Source: Azolla caroliniana (lineage: Eukaryota > Plantae > Polypodiophyta). Taken from it: a DNA stretch of 64,000 nt. Shown here one piece after another: positions 24,661 through 38,045 of the stretch. The DNA lies in NCBI GenBank assembly GCA_043228905.1, contig JBHGNT010000011.1, positions 22,072,001 to 22,136,000 of the forward strand, written 5' to 3'. The position numbers were made by a program, and so were the translations under genes. Position 1 is the stretch's first letter. Each line of letters opens with the position of its first letter. Below the pieces are notes generated by a model. It was given only the letters and a program-made list of their open reading frames with translations, was not told where the DNA came from and made no database searches.

Positions 24661-25599
24661 CCGGTTTTGCAACACCATCCGATTGCCGATTTCGCCGGTT
24701 CTGATTTGCTTACCGGCCGGTTCCAGTTTGCTTCCCGACCGGTTCCGGTTTGCTTTCCGGCCGGTTCCGTTTTATTGCCAGTCGGTTTTTGGGAACTTGG
24801 GCACATTCATCCATGTAGACAAAGTGGCCAAAGTGCTCTTAGCACAAATGAAAAATGAGGGATCTCAATGTGCTTATATAGCCAGGGCCTTAAGTTTCCT
24901 ATCTATGTGAGATACTTCAAAATTCTATTTTCCCTATCTCCTCAAGCTTCATGTCCACATAATTATTTTGTATATAGTAAAATGTGTTTTGACGCTCTTC
25001 AGTACATCCATATTTCTATAACAAGCTACTAATCTAATCTAAAATAATTATTTCATTATTTTTTTTACATAGTGTGTGAAGATTCACACGACACTAGTAG
25101 GTGGCCGAGGAGATCCGGCAGGACCGGTCTTTTCCCAGAACGATTCGGCGGATGGCAGGCGAGTCGCATCGATTGCAGAACCAACAATATATCGACGAAG
25201 GCCGTAGCCTGAGCAGCTTATGACAGGCTGAATGGATACTACACACTCTTGCCATAGGAGTTGGAGAATCCGAAGCCTTTTCCAACTTTGAGTCGGAATC
25301 AGACAACGAGCATAGCGTGTAGTCGAATTATCGAAGCACTCACGACGCCCCGGACAATCCGGCGGAAGATGGTTCGGAGCACACACCGTCATCGGAAGCA
25401 GACACAACATTACCCACACCGCTGGACCATGAAACAAACCAAGACCAAAAGTTAGAGGAAAAGGCTGAGCGCGTATCAACACCATCACCGGATCACAATC
25501 CGAGAAAATGAGCGATCGCGTACCAATGCCACTACTAAACTAGAATTCGGAAAAAGTAGAGGATCGGACACCAACACCACCCCCAATACTACCCTTCGA

Positions 25600-28500
25600 C
25601 TATGATACCATGCCATAACCATACCCAAAGTACGGGGACGAACCGGATGCAGAAGCGCATGTCTATGTTGTTCTACAGACATGGGAAACGAACCATGTCT
25701 CGCACCGGTTGATAGAAGCAGAGGTCGAACGATCCATGATAGCAGAATTCAGGATGACATTGGGGGGACCAGGAGGAAAGTGGCACAAAAAGCACCTTCT
25801 TGGGAGCTACGCCACATTCAAAGCTTTGTAGAATAAATTCCCGCGGTTGTTTCACCGAAAGCTGGAGCAAAGAGAGCTAGTCGGCCAGTTCTTTACGGTT
25901 TACCAGGAATCCAATGAGACAATCTCGCAATTCGTGATCCGTTTCCAGATACTGCACAACGAACTGACAAGGCCACCTTCGGAAGACAAGGCAAACACGG
26001 TCTTTCTAGCCGCACTCCGGGAGCTGCTAGGAACAATGCTGACAATATTCTATTTTCGGACAAGCACCATGGATGAAGTCATCGACCGAGTGCTAGAAAT
26101 GGATAGGGCCCAGAATACGAATCACATGGCAATGGGAGCTCTACAACAAGTGCTACCCAAAGAAGAGGACTGACGGTTTCGATATGCAGTCCAATGTACA
26201 ACGTGCCTCAACCCCGATCACTCGACGTTAGAATGCACGATGCGGACACAGTGCATGTTGGGCCACTCCCAGTCCCAACCATGGACCGGTGCGAGTGGCA
26301 CCGGTCTAACACATGGAGCCCTAGAGCGAACAACAACCAGAAGAGGGACGATTCCGATGGGAAGAACGATTTCGACCGAAACAAAAGGACCGGTACAACG
26401 TCAGAAGAAGAGAAGACTATGACGATGACTACAAGTACCGACTAGGGGGAGACTACAATCGAGAGCATTACAATTGTGACTACTCCCCGGATTAGAATTG
26501 TAGAAGAGATGACAGAAGATGCCCAGAATGACGGGAGTACCCAGATCAGGATAGACGGTACCCGGAACGCCAAGGGAATCGGAACCACTACCGCTACAAC
26601 CGTAAGGGAAAGAATCATCGAGAAGAAGGTTGGGAACTAGCTAGAGAATACCGAAGGGAGACGAATACTGAAACAACCGTCCCAGTCCCGCAATTGGAGC
26701 AATGGAGGCTGGAGGAAACCAATCGCATGAATTCTGGTAGTAACCCGGGAATGATGGAGAAAGGAGAATCAAGTAATAACCGGAGGGTTTACTGCTACTT
26801 CTGTCGGAAGGAAGGAAATTATAGTAGTTAGTGCCTGGACAATACCAATGAAAAGCAGCCAATGGTGAATATGGTAACCGCAAAGGTGACCGACGTTCAG
26901 CAAGTCACCACAAGAGCTAAAGGGAAAACTACCGAGTGGGAAACTAAAGAGGCCATCCGAAAGTAGGCTATTGGATGGATACAGAAGGCCAATGAATGAA
27001 ATGTGGCCAAGCTGCGACGACACCGCAAACCTCCAGAAGCACCAATAGAGACCACAAACGATGACTCGACCTTGTAGGCGTTACAAGAATGTCATATCAT
27101 GCTACCACTAGGTCGCTTATTATAGTTAGTCCCTCGATTTACAGAAGGACTCAAATCGGTGATAGTGCCATAAAACTCGGAGACGACACTGACCTTCTTC
27201 TCCAACCCAGAGGAAGGACCGACAATAGTGAACACCAACAGTCCGACAATAACGACTATCATTAAAGGAAAAGAAATAACCAGAACAATTGTGGATGGAG
27301 GGTCTGGAGTAAACGTGATAAGCCAACGAACCTATGACAACCTTGGTATCATAGAATGGGAATCGTGCCCGTTCTAGCTGCGTATAGCGGATACTAGTTC
27401 GGATCGGTGGGCATGTTTTCCTAATATCTACGGTAGTCTTGAACCTCAACGCGCAGGGAGCGTATCCCCTGTTGTAAGGGAGACCATGGCTAAGGACGGT
27501 GCATATAAAGCAAATTTGGCAAAAGAACGTCATTACCTTCCACAGAGAAAAGATGAAGGTACGGGTCCCAACCAAACCATGTGTGGGTACCATTAAGGAG
27601 TTAACACCGTTATATGCAGAGAGCATAAACATGTTGGACGGGTTAACAGACGACAAAGTCGAGCGGTAACTAGATGAACACCCGAAGGTAGAAGTAGATA
27701 TCGCCGAAGCCGTGACACCGTACGTCGTGTACTCAGAGGAAGTCCTTGACGAACCGGATCGGGAGGCGATCCGTGAACTCCGACAAGCACAAGAATCGCT
27801 GGAATGGGAAATGGCGGTATCACAATGGGTGAAGGCATCTCAACTAGAAGAGGTGGACCTTGGGACTAGGGAGGCACCAAAAGCAGTGTACGTGGCAAAG
27901 GAAATGCTCCCATAGGAGAAGAAAGCAACAATTGTTTTCCTTAAAGAATTTTGAGCCGTGTTGGCCTGGTCATACGAAGATATGTGAGGGCTAGATCCCC
28001 AACTATACCAGCATCAAATACACCTCAGCAAGGACGCGAAACCAGTAGTGCATTGAAGGTACCGGATGAACCTGAATTATGCCTCGAGAGTCAAAGAAGA
28101 AATCGATAAGATGTTGAGCATTGGCTTTATCCGACCGGTAAAACAAGCTACATGGCTAAGTCCGATTGTCCACTGCCATTTACGGATGGAGTCTTCGACG
28201 CGGTAGCCGGTCATGAGATGTATAGTTTCCTCGATGGGTTCAACGAGTATAATCAAATCCGAATGCACTCGACGGATTAGGAGAAAACAACATTCGTTAT
28301 GAAATGGGTAGTGTTCGTCATGGTAGTAATGTTGTTCGGCCTAAAGACAACACCAACAACATTCCAGAGGATTATCATGGAAATATTCTGGGAATATATT
28401 CCAACATTCATGCAGGTGTCTAGAGAAGTGTCGGGGATTCCGTTTGAGCTTGAATACGGTGTCTGCTCGGGCCCATTCCAGAGGATTATTATTGTCAGTA

Positions 28501-30988
28501 AAGACGGGATCACCGTAGATCCGGACAAGGCGAACCCTTCTTAAAAGCACCGGCACCGACTAACGCCAAGGCATTGAGCTGGTTTTTGGGACAGATTCGG
28601 TGGCATAGCCAGATGCTCAGATAACTAGCAGACTTCGCAACTCTACTACATGCGGCGGTGCACTGTGTACCCTTTGAATGGACGGAGCAAGAAGATAAGA
28701 CGTACCAAGCACTGAGGGGGATGTTGTCATAGGCCCCGGTAGTATAACCATTGGACTGGACGAAAGATTTGCACGTGTTCGTAGACACGTCTGACGTAGC
28801 AATAGGAAGTGTGCTCATGCAGATGACCAAACCTAGGTGGTACCATCCGGTGTCTTACGCAAACCCGAAACTCTAAAAGGCAGAACATAATTATTCTACA
28901 ATGGGGAGAGAAGCCCTCGGAATGATATACAACGTCACAAAGTACCGCCGCTATCTAGTAGGACGCAAGTTTTCCTTCGATGTGGACCATTGGGCGTTAC
29001 TATATTTGGTATGCAAGGCATCCGTAACCGGTAAATTAGCATGGTGGACATTACTACTGCAAGAATTCGAATTCGAAATATTCCACCAATCGGGAGTACA
29101 ACACGCGGTGGCAGACTACTTGAGCCGGTTGGAATTCGGAGAGGACGGTGACGGAGTCTGAGACGATTTCCCGGATGCAGAGGTATTCAAAGTCACCACA
29201 TATACGGTAGTGGATGACACAGTGGCCAACGAAGATATATGGCTCACCCACATGCATTAGTTCTTGAGTACTAGATTGCCTCCGGAAGAGCTGAGTCGGG
29301 ATGAACGGAAACGGTTGGCAGTTCATAGTCGACACTAAACCGCGCGGTAAGGAGTGATAAAAAGGAAGCAATTTTAAGAGAGGCTCGTTGCGGCGTTGCC
29401 GAAGGCCACTATACTGGAGAAGTGGGCTATGCAAATGGGAAACCGATACGTTATCGTGGCAACCGACTACTGCACAAAATGGGTAGAAGCTAAACCAGTC
29501 AAGGATAACACCACGACGATCGAGCTCATCGACGGAGAAATGTTTATATGAGTACATATGGTGCTGAAACGGGTGCCCGATTGAGCTCATCAACAACTAA
29601 GGCGATTACTTCTTGGGGCAAGTCGTGGAAAGCTTGACGTCGTTCTACGCGGTAGTGCATAAACGCAACATACCTTACTATTAGCATGCGAATGGATTGG
29701 CGGAGTCCACAAACAAAACGCTAAACTACAAAGCGTGTTATGGGCATACCGAACGGCTTACAAAATAAGCATTCGGAAAACACTGTTCCGATTGGCTTTT
29801 TGATTAGAGGCAGTCATGCCTATGGAATTTCAAATTCCTAGCTTATGGATACAAGTCCGGGAACGTTTAAGCGAGAAGGAATCGGAAAAAGATCCGGTTG
29901 GCAACACTATGTGTTGTCCGCCAGACCCTATTATTCGAAGCGATAAAGAAACGCATGTAACGGTTCACGCTAGGAGCATAACGGGAAAAAGGGCATGTGT
30001 ATATAAAGGGTGGAAATCCTCTGTAAAGGGCTAGGGTGTATTTTGGGAGCTACCCTTTTGGTAATACAATACTATCTTCTCTGATTCTCGTGTCTGTGTA
30101 AGTCGTCTATTGCTTCAGTGTAGTACTTTGTTGGTAACTATGGGCTAGTAAGCATAGGGTGAGTGTGTATACGAGATTACACACTTGTGAGCTTTGGTTG
30201 TAGCCGTCTCCCTTCACGGCCAGACGATACGCATTGCATTGTAAGCCTGTTACGCTTCGTGCACCTACGAATCTATTCCTTGCACCGCAATCACCTTGAA
30301 GTCTACCTCGAAGGACTGAGAGTAGACAATGTTCCTAATCGATAACATTTTTGGCACGCCTGGTGTAGCAGAATTGCACACCTACCGGGCGGATTGGGAG
30401 AACCTATGAAAAGAAGGTAGAGGCTTCTACAAGCTCAATGAGGAAAGCATGGGCAAATCAGAGCGCTCACATGAATCAAAAAGTAGAAGTCATGCAGTGG
30501 CAAACAAGAGTGCCCACATGAACCAAAAAGCTCATAGCATCCACATATGATATCGCATTTCCGAGTTCGAATACTTGAATCGAAGCCAACTACGTAGGCT
30601 ATGCGAACTAGAAGAACACCAGATAGCCAGTGTGGTGCAGTTGAAACTCGAACAACGCAGGAGGAAAGCCTTTGTGGACCGGCACACACGGGGAAATGAG
30701 AAGGAATTTGGCATCGGGAAGCCGGTGCTAGTTTTCCAGACCAGAATGGGTAAGATGTCGGGGAAGCTGCAGTTTCGGTGGACCGGACCGTTTTGGATTA
30801 CCAGGGAATTCAAGGGATCGTACGAACTAGGCACGCTAGCCGTCGAAGTGTTGGACAAGTGGGTGAACGATTTCCAGTTAAAACCCTACCAAGGACTGAT
30901 GCCGAAGAATCCGTTCAAACAACCAGAGACTGACATGCAAGGACCTGCGCCGACAATGGAGCCGGTATCTTCAGGTATGACGAACTAG
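25600..30988 (+). pseudogene. Decayed gag-pol of the 22498-33334 element
   Basis: Gag (QESNETISQFVIRF, CTTCLNPDH...C), protease IVDGGSGVNVI at about 27290, RT at about 28000-28600, RNase H VDTSDVAIG / EREAL-like, integrase [11 protein letters not shown] and WTGPF. Many stops, frameshifts and deletions. Confidence 0.9.
29912..30598 (+). mobile_element. Truncated LTR element (LTR 29912-30347, PBS, short leader) inserted in the integrase
   Basis: tgttgtcc...gataaca, then tttt, then PBS tggcacgcc at 30352. Flanked by ctatg at 29907-29911 and 30599-30603. The host frame LATL|CELEEH rejoins. Confidence 0.85.
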
Positions 30989-31327
30989 TAGTCCTTTAAC
31001 CAAGAAAAGAAAAATTAAGAAAAGACGTGACATCAGTCATTTAAAGCATCAAGGATACGATTTGATATTATGAACGGCCACCACGAAAAGACGTGATATC
31101 AACCATTTAAAGCATACCACGCAGCGTACTCATACTATAATCGTACACCACGTGCATGTGCAAGAATCAAGAAAAGACGGCTTGAACCAGATGACCGAAA
31201 GCCTGTCATTTCATGAATGACGGCTTCTGAGAGCGTAGCAGAGCACAGATATTTCATATTTCCAAAAAAGCACATGCAACCAACCCCAAGCACATCTTCA
31301 TAGTACTGCAAGCAAAGAAGAAGACAC

Positions 31328-32865
31328 ATGACCGATGGCACTCTCGACCGCAACTAGGGACTATCTCATCAAGCACGAATAGGAAGGTTTCCTCCGGGTG
31401 GCGGAGAAGGTCGTTGCCATCATAGACCTTGAAGAAATATCCAAAGGCACTGTGCAGGCCCTCGTAGCATTGCATATCGGAGGATTGTACTCCATAGAAA
31501 ACTCCTCCATAGAGGTCCTAACAGAATACTTCGTGGAGTATTCCCTCACCAGCAAAGTGTACAACATGGAGCGCGGCGAGCACCCCTTGTTTAGGGAGGT
31601 AGCTCATGTTTTGTTAGAATATGGTTTTGTGCACCATCGCCCACTAGCCATGCCGAAGAACAGAGCCGGTTTTATCATTGCCACATTCGAAGGCATCGAA
31701 GTAGATTGGCCGATAATCATGGCGGATGCATTAATAGCAGGCATCCAAGCAATCGTAGATGGCACAAAGGCCTAGTGCGGGTTAGCACAATGGCTAACCC
31801 TATTAATACCCCCACCACGCACCATCAAGCAGAAGAAACGGGTCCGGCCAGAAACCACACCAAATAAGGCATCCAAACGACACCAGCACCTAACAAAGCA
31901 CAACCTTGGATAGACGGACGGGGAAGCATCTCAGTGGGAAGAAACATAGACGACCTGGAGACAGGAGGTAGTGGAGCCCGCTTTGGAAAAAACGGCCAAA
32001 CCAAAAAAAGTCAATCTGCGCCGACAAGACAACGACATAGATGACCTGGCTGGGAGGGTGAACCTAGAAACTATAGAGGAAGAGGCGGAAGAAGAACCAG
32101 CCAAAACCCTCCAACGTCGGCCAAGGAAGTGCGATACGGAGCAGTAGGGGGAAGGATCGGGTCCAAAACTGGACAACACCCCGACGACTTGCTCAATGGT
32201 GATAGAACGTAGGACAAAGGAAGAGATGGAAATAAGGCTACAAGTGGCGACAACGGTTCAACAAGAACCGGTTACAGAAAGTCAGACCTCACCTGGCCTT
32301 CAAGAATAGCATCACGAGGAACGTCGTCCGGAGCGGACATTGAAGCCGCTGACCCAATGGTTGAGAAAGGAGAACGAACCAAGACCGGAGCAAGTGGAAC
32401 CGTTTGCTGTCCAAACACAACACGGAACCGGTCGAGAATGGGTGAAATGGCTCTGAGAGCAAGTATCCGGTGTTGCCGACCGAATGGAGGAAGAACAACA
32501 GCAAGTCGGTAGTCAGGCAGAGCGGTTTCTAGCCACAACCGAAGAATTAGGGAGGCTCGGGCACATATCCGAAGCGACGACGATTGGAAGTGGAAAAACG
32601 GGTGGCGGCAATAACTATCAATGATGAGGAGCAGAATGCGGAACCACAACCGCAAGAGGATGAGCTGCCACATGAAGCCGGCGGGGAACAACCAAGGGAA
32701 GCTGGTGCGGACGAGGACAAAGCGACCAGGTTGGAGTACCAGGCAAGAACCGAAAAGGGCGTGGATATTGAAACCGACGCAATAACGGATGTTGAAGCCG
32801 GAGAGCAGGAAGACCCACTCGAAACCATGGACCACAACATATTAGACATACTCGTCGAGGATTGA
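31328..32865 (+). pseudogene. Decayed additional 3' ORF between pol and the 3' LTR
   Basis: ORF remnants 31398-31775 (..FIIATFEGIEVDWPIIMADAL..) followed by an acidic low-complexity tail ending at 32865. Confidence 0.6.
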
Positions 32866-33353
32866 AGGGGCTAACCGTGGGTTTGACATACAATGTATTG
32901 TCCCACGGGCGTGCCATGTGTTGGCCGGAGGCCGGAGTATGAAAGATAAGTGGGGGACGAGTCGGAAGCGGAAAGTATTAGTTATAATTAGCTAGAATTA
33001 AAATAGGAACAAAAGAGTTGCAACGATCCGGATCCGGACCGATCAGTAGCCGGTTGCAGGTATGGCACCGTTTTGTAATCAGAAGTGAATGCCTATAAAA
33101 GGATCTGAAGAACGATGTATTAAAGGAGGGGAAATGAATATAAGTAGAATTGTTTTGGAGAGTATTGTGTACCTTCCGTTCTGGGCTTATGGTTCTATCT
33201 TACGCATGGCATCAATCTATGTATGTCGGATATAATTATAATTCTGCCAAAAGCATAAACCCCGTAACCACCCTTTGGTGAAGTGATCGGAAAGGACACC
33301 TTGTGTTAGTGGCTAGCTCGGCCTAGGAATAACAAAAAAACATGCAAGGACGA

Positions 33354-33836
33354 TGTCGCGTTGTTATGCGCTTGCGTGTAGAAAGGCGGGACCACGGGGG
33401 TCTTGGACTGGGGAGTGTGACGAAGCGTAGGAAGCCGCGCTTCACCCTTTCCGGTGCACCCCAGGAGCACACCGGAAGCAACCGAAGGGAGAGAGGGAGA
33501 GTGAGCAAGCATGCAACATTGACTCCCGCACGAACATGTAGATAAGCAAGAAAGAAACACTAAGACACACACACGCACACCAACAGAGACCCGAATATGC
33601 ACAACCACATGTATATGTATTTACAAGACAACAAGATTCAACACCGACTTCAAGCCGGACCTAGGCCGCATGAGATACAACCGTTGTCTATTGCCAAGCC
33701 GTCGGTCAAGGAGCTCTCGGGCTTGTCGCGCCGAGCGGGGTCTTGCACAGAGTACAGGGCAGAAAACTGGAACGCTAGATGCCAAGGCTCGACGCACAAA
33801 AGGACGAAGAAGAAGAAGAAGAAGAAGAAACCCTAA

Positions 33837-33898
<62 letters not shown>

Positions 33899-34152
33899 TG
33901 TCTCTCCGTCTAATGGTATACCCTGTTAATACAAAATGGGCAACCCCTCTACAAGGGACCATCCCTTCCTTTTATAGAACAAGGAGAGGGATGTGTTACA
34001 ATGTGGGATAAATCCCGATTTACATGGGATTCTTCGTCCCGACTTGACTCTTATTATTCACACAATTACATGAGGGTGAGTGCACATGGTGCACCCCGCC
34101 GATGTAGCCAATATTTCCCGGTTTCCGCCTCTGGATGAAATTCTTCACAACA
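33354..34152 (-). mobile_element. Solo LTR (799 bp)
   Basis: Ends tgtcgcg...cacaaca, which form an inverted repeat once CpG decay is allowed. Flanks acga/acgc (3 of 4 match). Minus-strand TATA at about 33976 followed by a (CT)n tract. Confidence 0.7.
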
Positions 34153-37100
34153 ACGCATTATGACTTTCTTGGTTGGCATCAAATATGAGAGAAATCCCAA
34201 AAAATGTCTTAAACTGTCTAGAGTTCCATGAAGCTAGCAAAGAATTTATCTTTCATACAAAGAAGAAAAGGATAGAAGTTTGTCACCATTGTATGCAAGA
34301 TCGTGTTCAGAAGAATCAAATCACTCCAATGAAATAAATCATGACCACAACCTTCTAATCCATGAGTTTTGAAACCTCGCAAACAAAACATGCTCATTAG
34401 GTGGTAGAAAGGATTCATACTCAATCATAGATTAGGTAATTACACAAGCATTATGTACATCTCACTCCTCTACGTAAGTTTGTGAATAGATACTGTAAAG
34501 TAATGGTTATGTGTGGACATTTGATGGGAAATGGTTGTCGATAAGATACATTAAGGAAAAATACGAGTTGGACTAGTGATCCCTCCAACTTAATTGTGTT
34601 AGGAGGGCTTGTATGTAGAGTCTTTGGGAGTGATTCAATGACTTGGTTCTGTGGAATACTAATTGGAACTCTTCTTCTGCTTCTTCATTAGACTAGAGCA
34701 TGAAAAATATGTTTCTAAATATGCAAAGATCCATAAAATAAAGGTATATGCAATTTCTCCAAAATAAATCCATAATTTGGGGAAATACATAATTAGCGTC
34801 TCAAATTTTGACCGCTTTTGAGATTTAGTATCAACCACATCCCCAAATTCTACAACCCCCAATCAAAACAAATGTTTGAACTAAAATCTCAACTTATCTT
34901 TTCCACGCTAATGCAACAATAGAACAACAATAAACAATTTATTTTGTAATGAATTACAAAGCTCACTTGATGGAGACCACTCAACAAAAGATGAGGCATC
35001 TTGCCAAGACTTAAGTTCTAACCCATTATTGAGCAAATACATAATGTTGAATCTTAAGAGGAACACATCCATCGTGCAATGGCCACTACGATGCTTGAAT
35101 CTTAGTTTTTCCAACCACCAACCTTTCGTGCTCAATAAAATATTACATCATAGACATCCATGGTTGATATTGTTGACATATATCTCATAATAACTCAAAT
35201 CCACAGGCCATCAAATGCCTTTCCAAATTCAATATTGCAAAACCACTAGCCCTAAACAAGTTCTAAAGTTTGAGTATCACATTTTGATACAAGTCTTTGT
35301 CTTTGATCACATCCAAATATGCTTTCCACACATCTTCGACCAAACCCAATCCTTGCACGAATTTCTCACATGGTCATAACGTGTACTCTCATTTGCAACA
35401 TTCATTAGTAAAGTTCTTGAATATCGAGAGTCACTACTCTCACATATATTATATTCTTAGTCTCATAGGTCATATTTGACCGCTAAAGATGATAATCCCC
35501 ACATGCTCTAACATCCAAAAATTCGACATGAAATTACCTTTTAGCTTCTTTATATAAGCTTTCACCCCATATCTATTATCAAATATGAAAGCATTACACA
35601 TATTCCAATTGTGTTTTAGTCCCCAATAACGTAAAAATTGGAACAATATCTCCATCTCATCATTTGAACCATTTTGAACATATTGAGAAAAAACCCATTG
35701 TTGAAGTTCGATAAGTACTTCCAAATGGTACACGCAATAGCACATTTAATGACCCTATGTGTACTATCCTCCAATTGAACTGTGCAAAAGAAAGAAGTCT
35801 CTTTCTCTCTCTCTCTCTCTCTCTCTCAACTTTAATCAAGGACCCAAGAATGAAAGTTTATCATCGTAAGTAATTATGCTCAAATTGTTACCAATAATAA
35901 CTAACGGAAGTGGTGTAATTCCTTCATTTGATTTCATCCTTATAATTAATTAACTAAAGTGTTTACGTTAACTATAGGAGGTTAAGTCTTGCTTTGTTAG
36001 TTAAGTGTTTAAACTTAACATAGGGTTCAGCAAAGTGGTTAGGACTTGGTTAACACTCTCAAGAATGATTAACAATCATTCTTATCTAGCTTGCTCCCAA
36101 TAGGGTAGACACTTCCTCAAATCCCTCAACGCAATCTCTGTATGAGAGAACTATATCAAGTAAGAGGTCCACTCGAAGCAACATGACCTTGGGATGAAAT
36201 AGTTATTTGAATTAATTTGGTCACTTTTTGCCGATTTGATCAATTCCAATACTTTAAGTCGACTTCAAAATGTGGACAAAAAGATCCAAAGGTAGATTGT
36301 AAGACATCTTAGTTGACCGTTACAAACTTTTCCCAATCTCTTGTAGATCTTACAAATGACCACTTTTGGCCCTTACATGTTATTATTTATATATGCATCT
36401 TTTGCCCTTTTTCTATGAAATACCCTTCTCCTCATCCACCCTTTTGGCTCAACAAGAAACCATTTGTACCATCGTTATTCACCTCATGTGTTTGCAACAT
36501 GACACCGCTAGGTAGTACTGCAAAAAAAACCCGTCTTTAGCTTACATGCAAGTAGTATTGCAATTCGATTGAATATGGTGGTTCTATGAGCATTATCGTC
36601 ATTTCTAACAATAGTTTGAAAATGTTTGAAACTACTCCTGATAGATTTTTCCAATGTGAGAAATTAATATATTGCGTCAAACAAAACGTTGTCCTTCGTT
36701 TTGATGGAGATAATTTCAAAGGCATAAAGCAAGGTAATGATAAGCATCAAAGATATAATGCATGGATGGATCTTAATTGTTGTCTGTGATAACGAGATGA
36801 GGATACTAATGAATTATTTAATCAAACATGGGCCAGGATTGCCGAACCTTATCCTTCCTTTTGATACAGGCCCAAAGGCATCACAAAAGAAGTAATGCAT
36901 GCATCAATGATAAGATGCATTGTAGGTGGGGTGGGATGGATGCTCTCATAATAACATTTGACAATCATAGCGCATCTTCTTCTTGTTTTTATGATCATTA
37001 TTCATGATATAGGGAGCTTGGGCTTCTAGAAAAGTACTAAAACCTAGGTGGACATGTGAGTATGTTTTTATTGTCTTTTTGCTCATGAAGCGTGAAATTT

Positions 37101-38045
37101 GCACAATAGTTGATGGTTTGAAAGACCAATACCAATGTCTCTTGTCTCTCTTATATCGTGATAACACTTTCTCGTAATCTATGGGACCCATTACAAAGAC
37201 AAAATCATTTCCCATTAAAGGACAAAAGGTGAAGTCTCATTCATAATGGAGATTGAATATGGGATGATATTGCACCCACTTTGTAACACGGGTTATATAG
37301 AAAAAGCTTAGACTATAGTCAAGTTCTCTCTCTTCCCGTATTAAGAAAATATTTTTCTTTGTATTAATCAGTAGACTTTGATGTCTTTCCATCTTATTTT
37401 GTCTATATGCATAGCGTGAGAATAAACAATAAAGACATTAGATTTGGGGGTTGGCTTCAATGTTACTTTATCTTTTCATTGTCAAGCAAAAGATTTCGAC
37501 TCAACTCGGGGCTTTAATTAATCACCTTAGAAATTAGGATGTTAAACATCAGAGTTGCAAAGTGCACCTTTTCTAAAATTTTACTTAGACTTGAAAGTGG
37601 AGATCAAACGATCAAAGTCAACATAAAAGCACCAAAGTTCAAAAGCAAAGTATTTTCCCATGAAAGACAAGACAAGACAATGTATGTGCTTTATGCCCTT
37701 GTTTCCTCCACAAGTGTCACATACAAGACCCAAATGGGATTGCATCGTGGATTGTCAAGAATGCAATGATTTGAGGTTATGAAAGTGACACTTCAAAAAA
37801 TACTACCAATGTCAGACCACACAAATTCACCCTCAGATTGAGTCAGTGAGTCACTCACCCACAAAAATTCAAACGCAAAGATATTATCTATTTGAGATGC
37901 ACTTTGGAAAAACAAAAGTGAAAACGGTGAAAATGATGGAATGAGTTTGGGGGGTGCCAAAAGGTGTGGTAAAAAATATGCTTACGTTTTGTCATCTCAA
38001 TATGTTCCTATGGATGGTATTTTTTACTTTTAAGTTGGCGCGTGC

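Larger units (their letters stand above)
23142..25093. mobile_element. Composite insertion: LTR-like sequence containing a truncated LTR and an integrase fragment
   Basis: TGTC...GACA ends with no matching TSD. Tandem atggcttccgtagggaaaattagggttt repeats at 23200-23345. An approximately 120-bp direct repeat at 23757-23881 and 24661-24770. Confidence 0.55.
22498..33334 (+). mobile_element. Decayed full-length non-chromovirus Ty3/gypsy element with nested insertions
   Basis: Diverged LTR pair 22498-22934 and 32919-33334 (tgttggccgg...gaataaca) with a plus-strand TATAAAA at 22665. Plus-strand gag, PR, RT, RH and IN relics. Flanks caaa/aaaa give only a partial TSD match. Confidence 0.85.

Noticed and set aside
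32877-32916. Functional tRNA gene
   Set aside because: Only a 3' half is present, with encoded CCA and an insertion, and there is no D or anticodon arm. It is reported as a finding instead.
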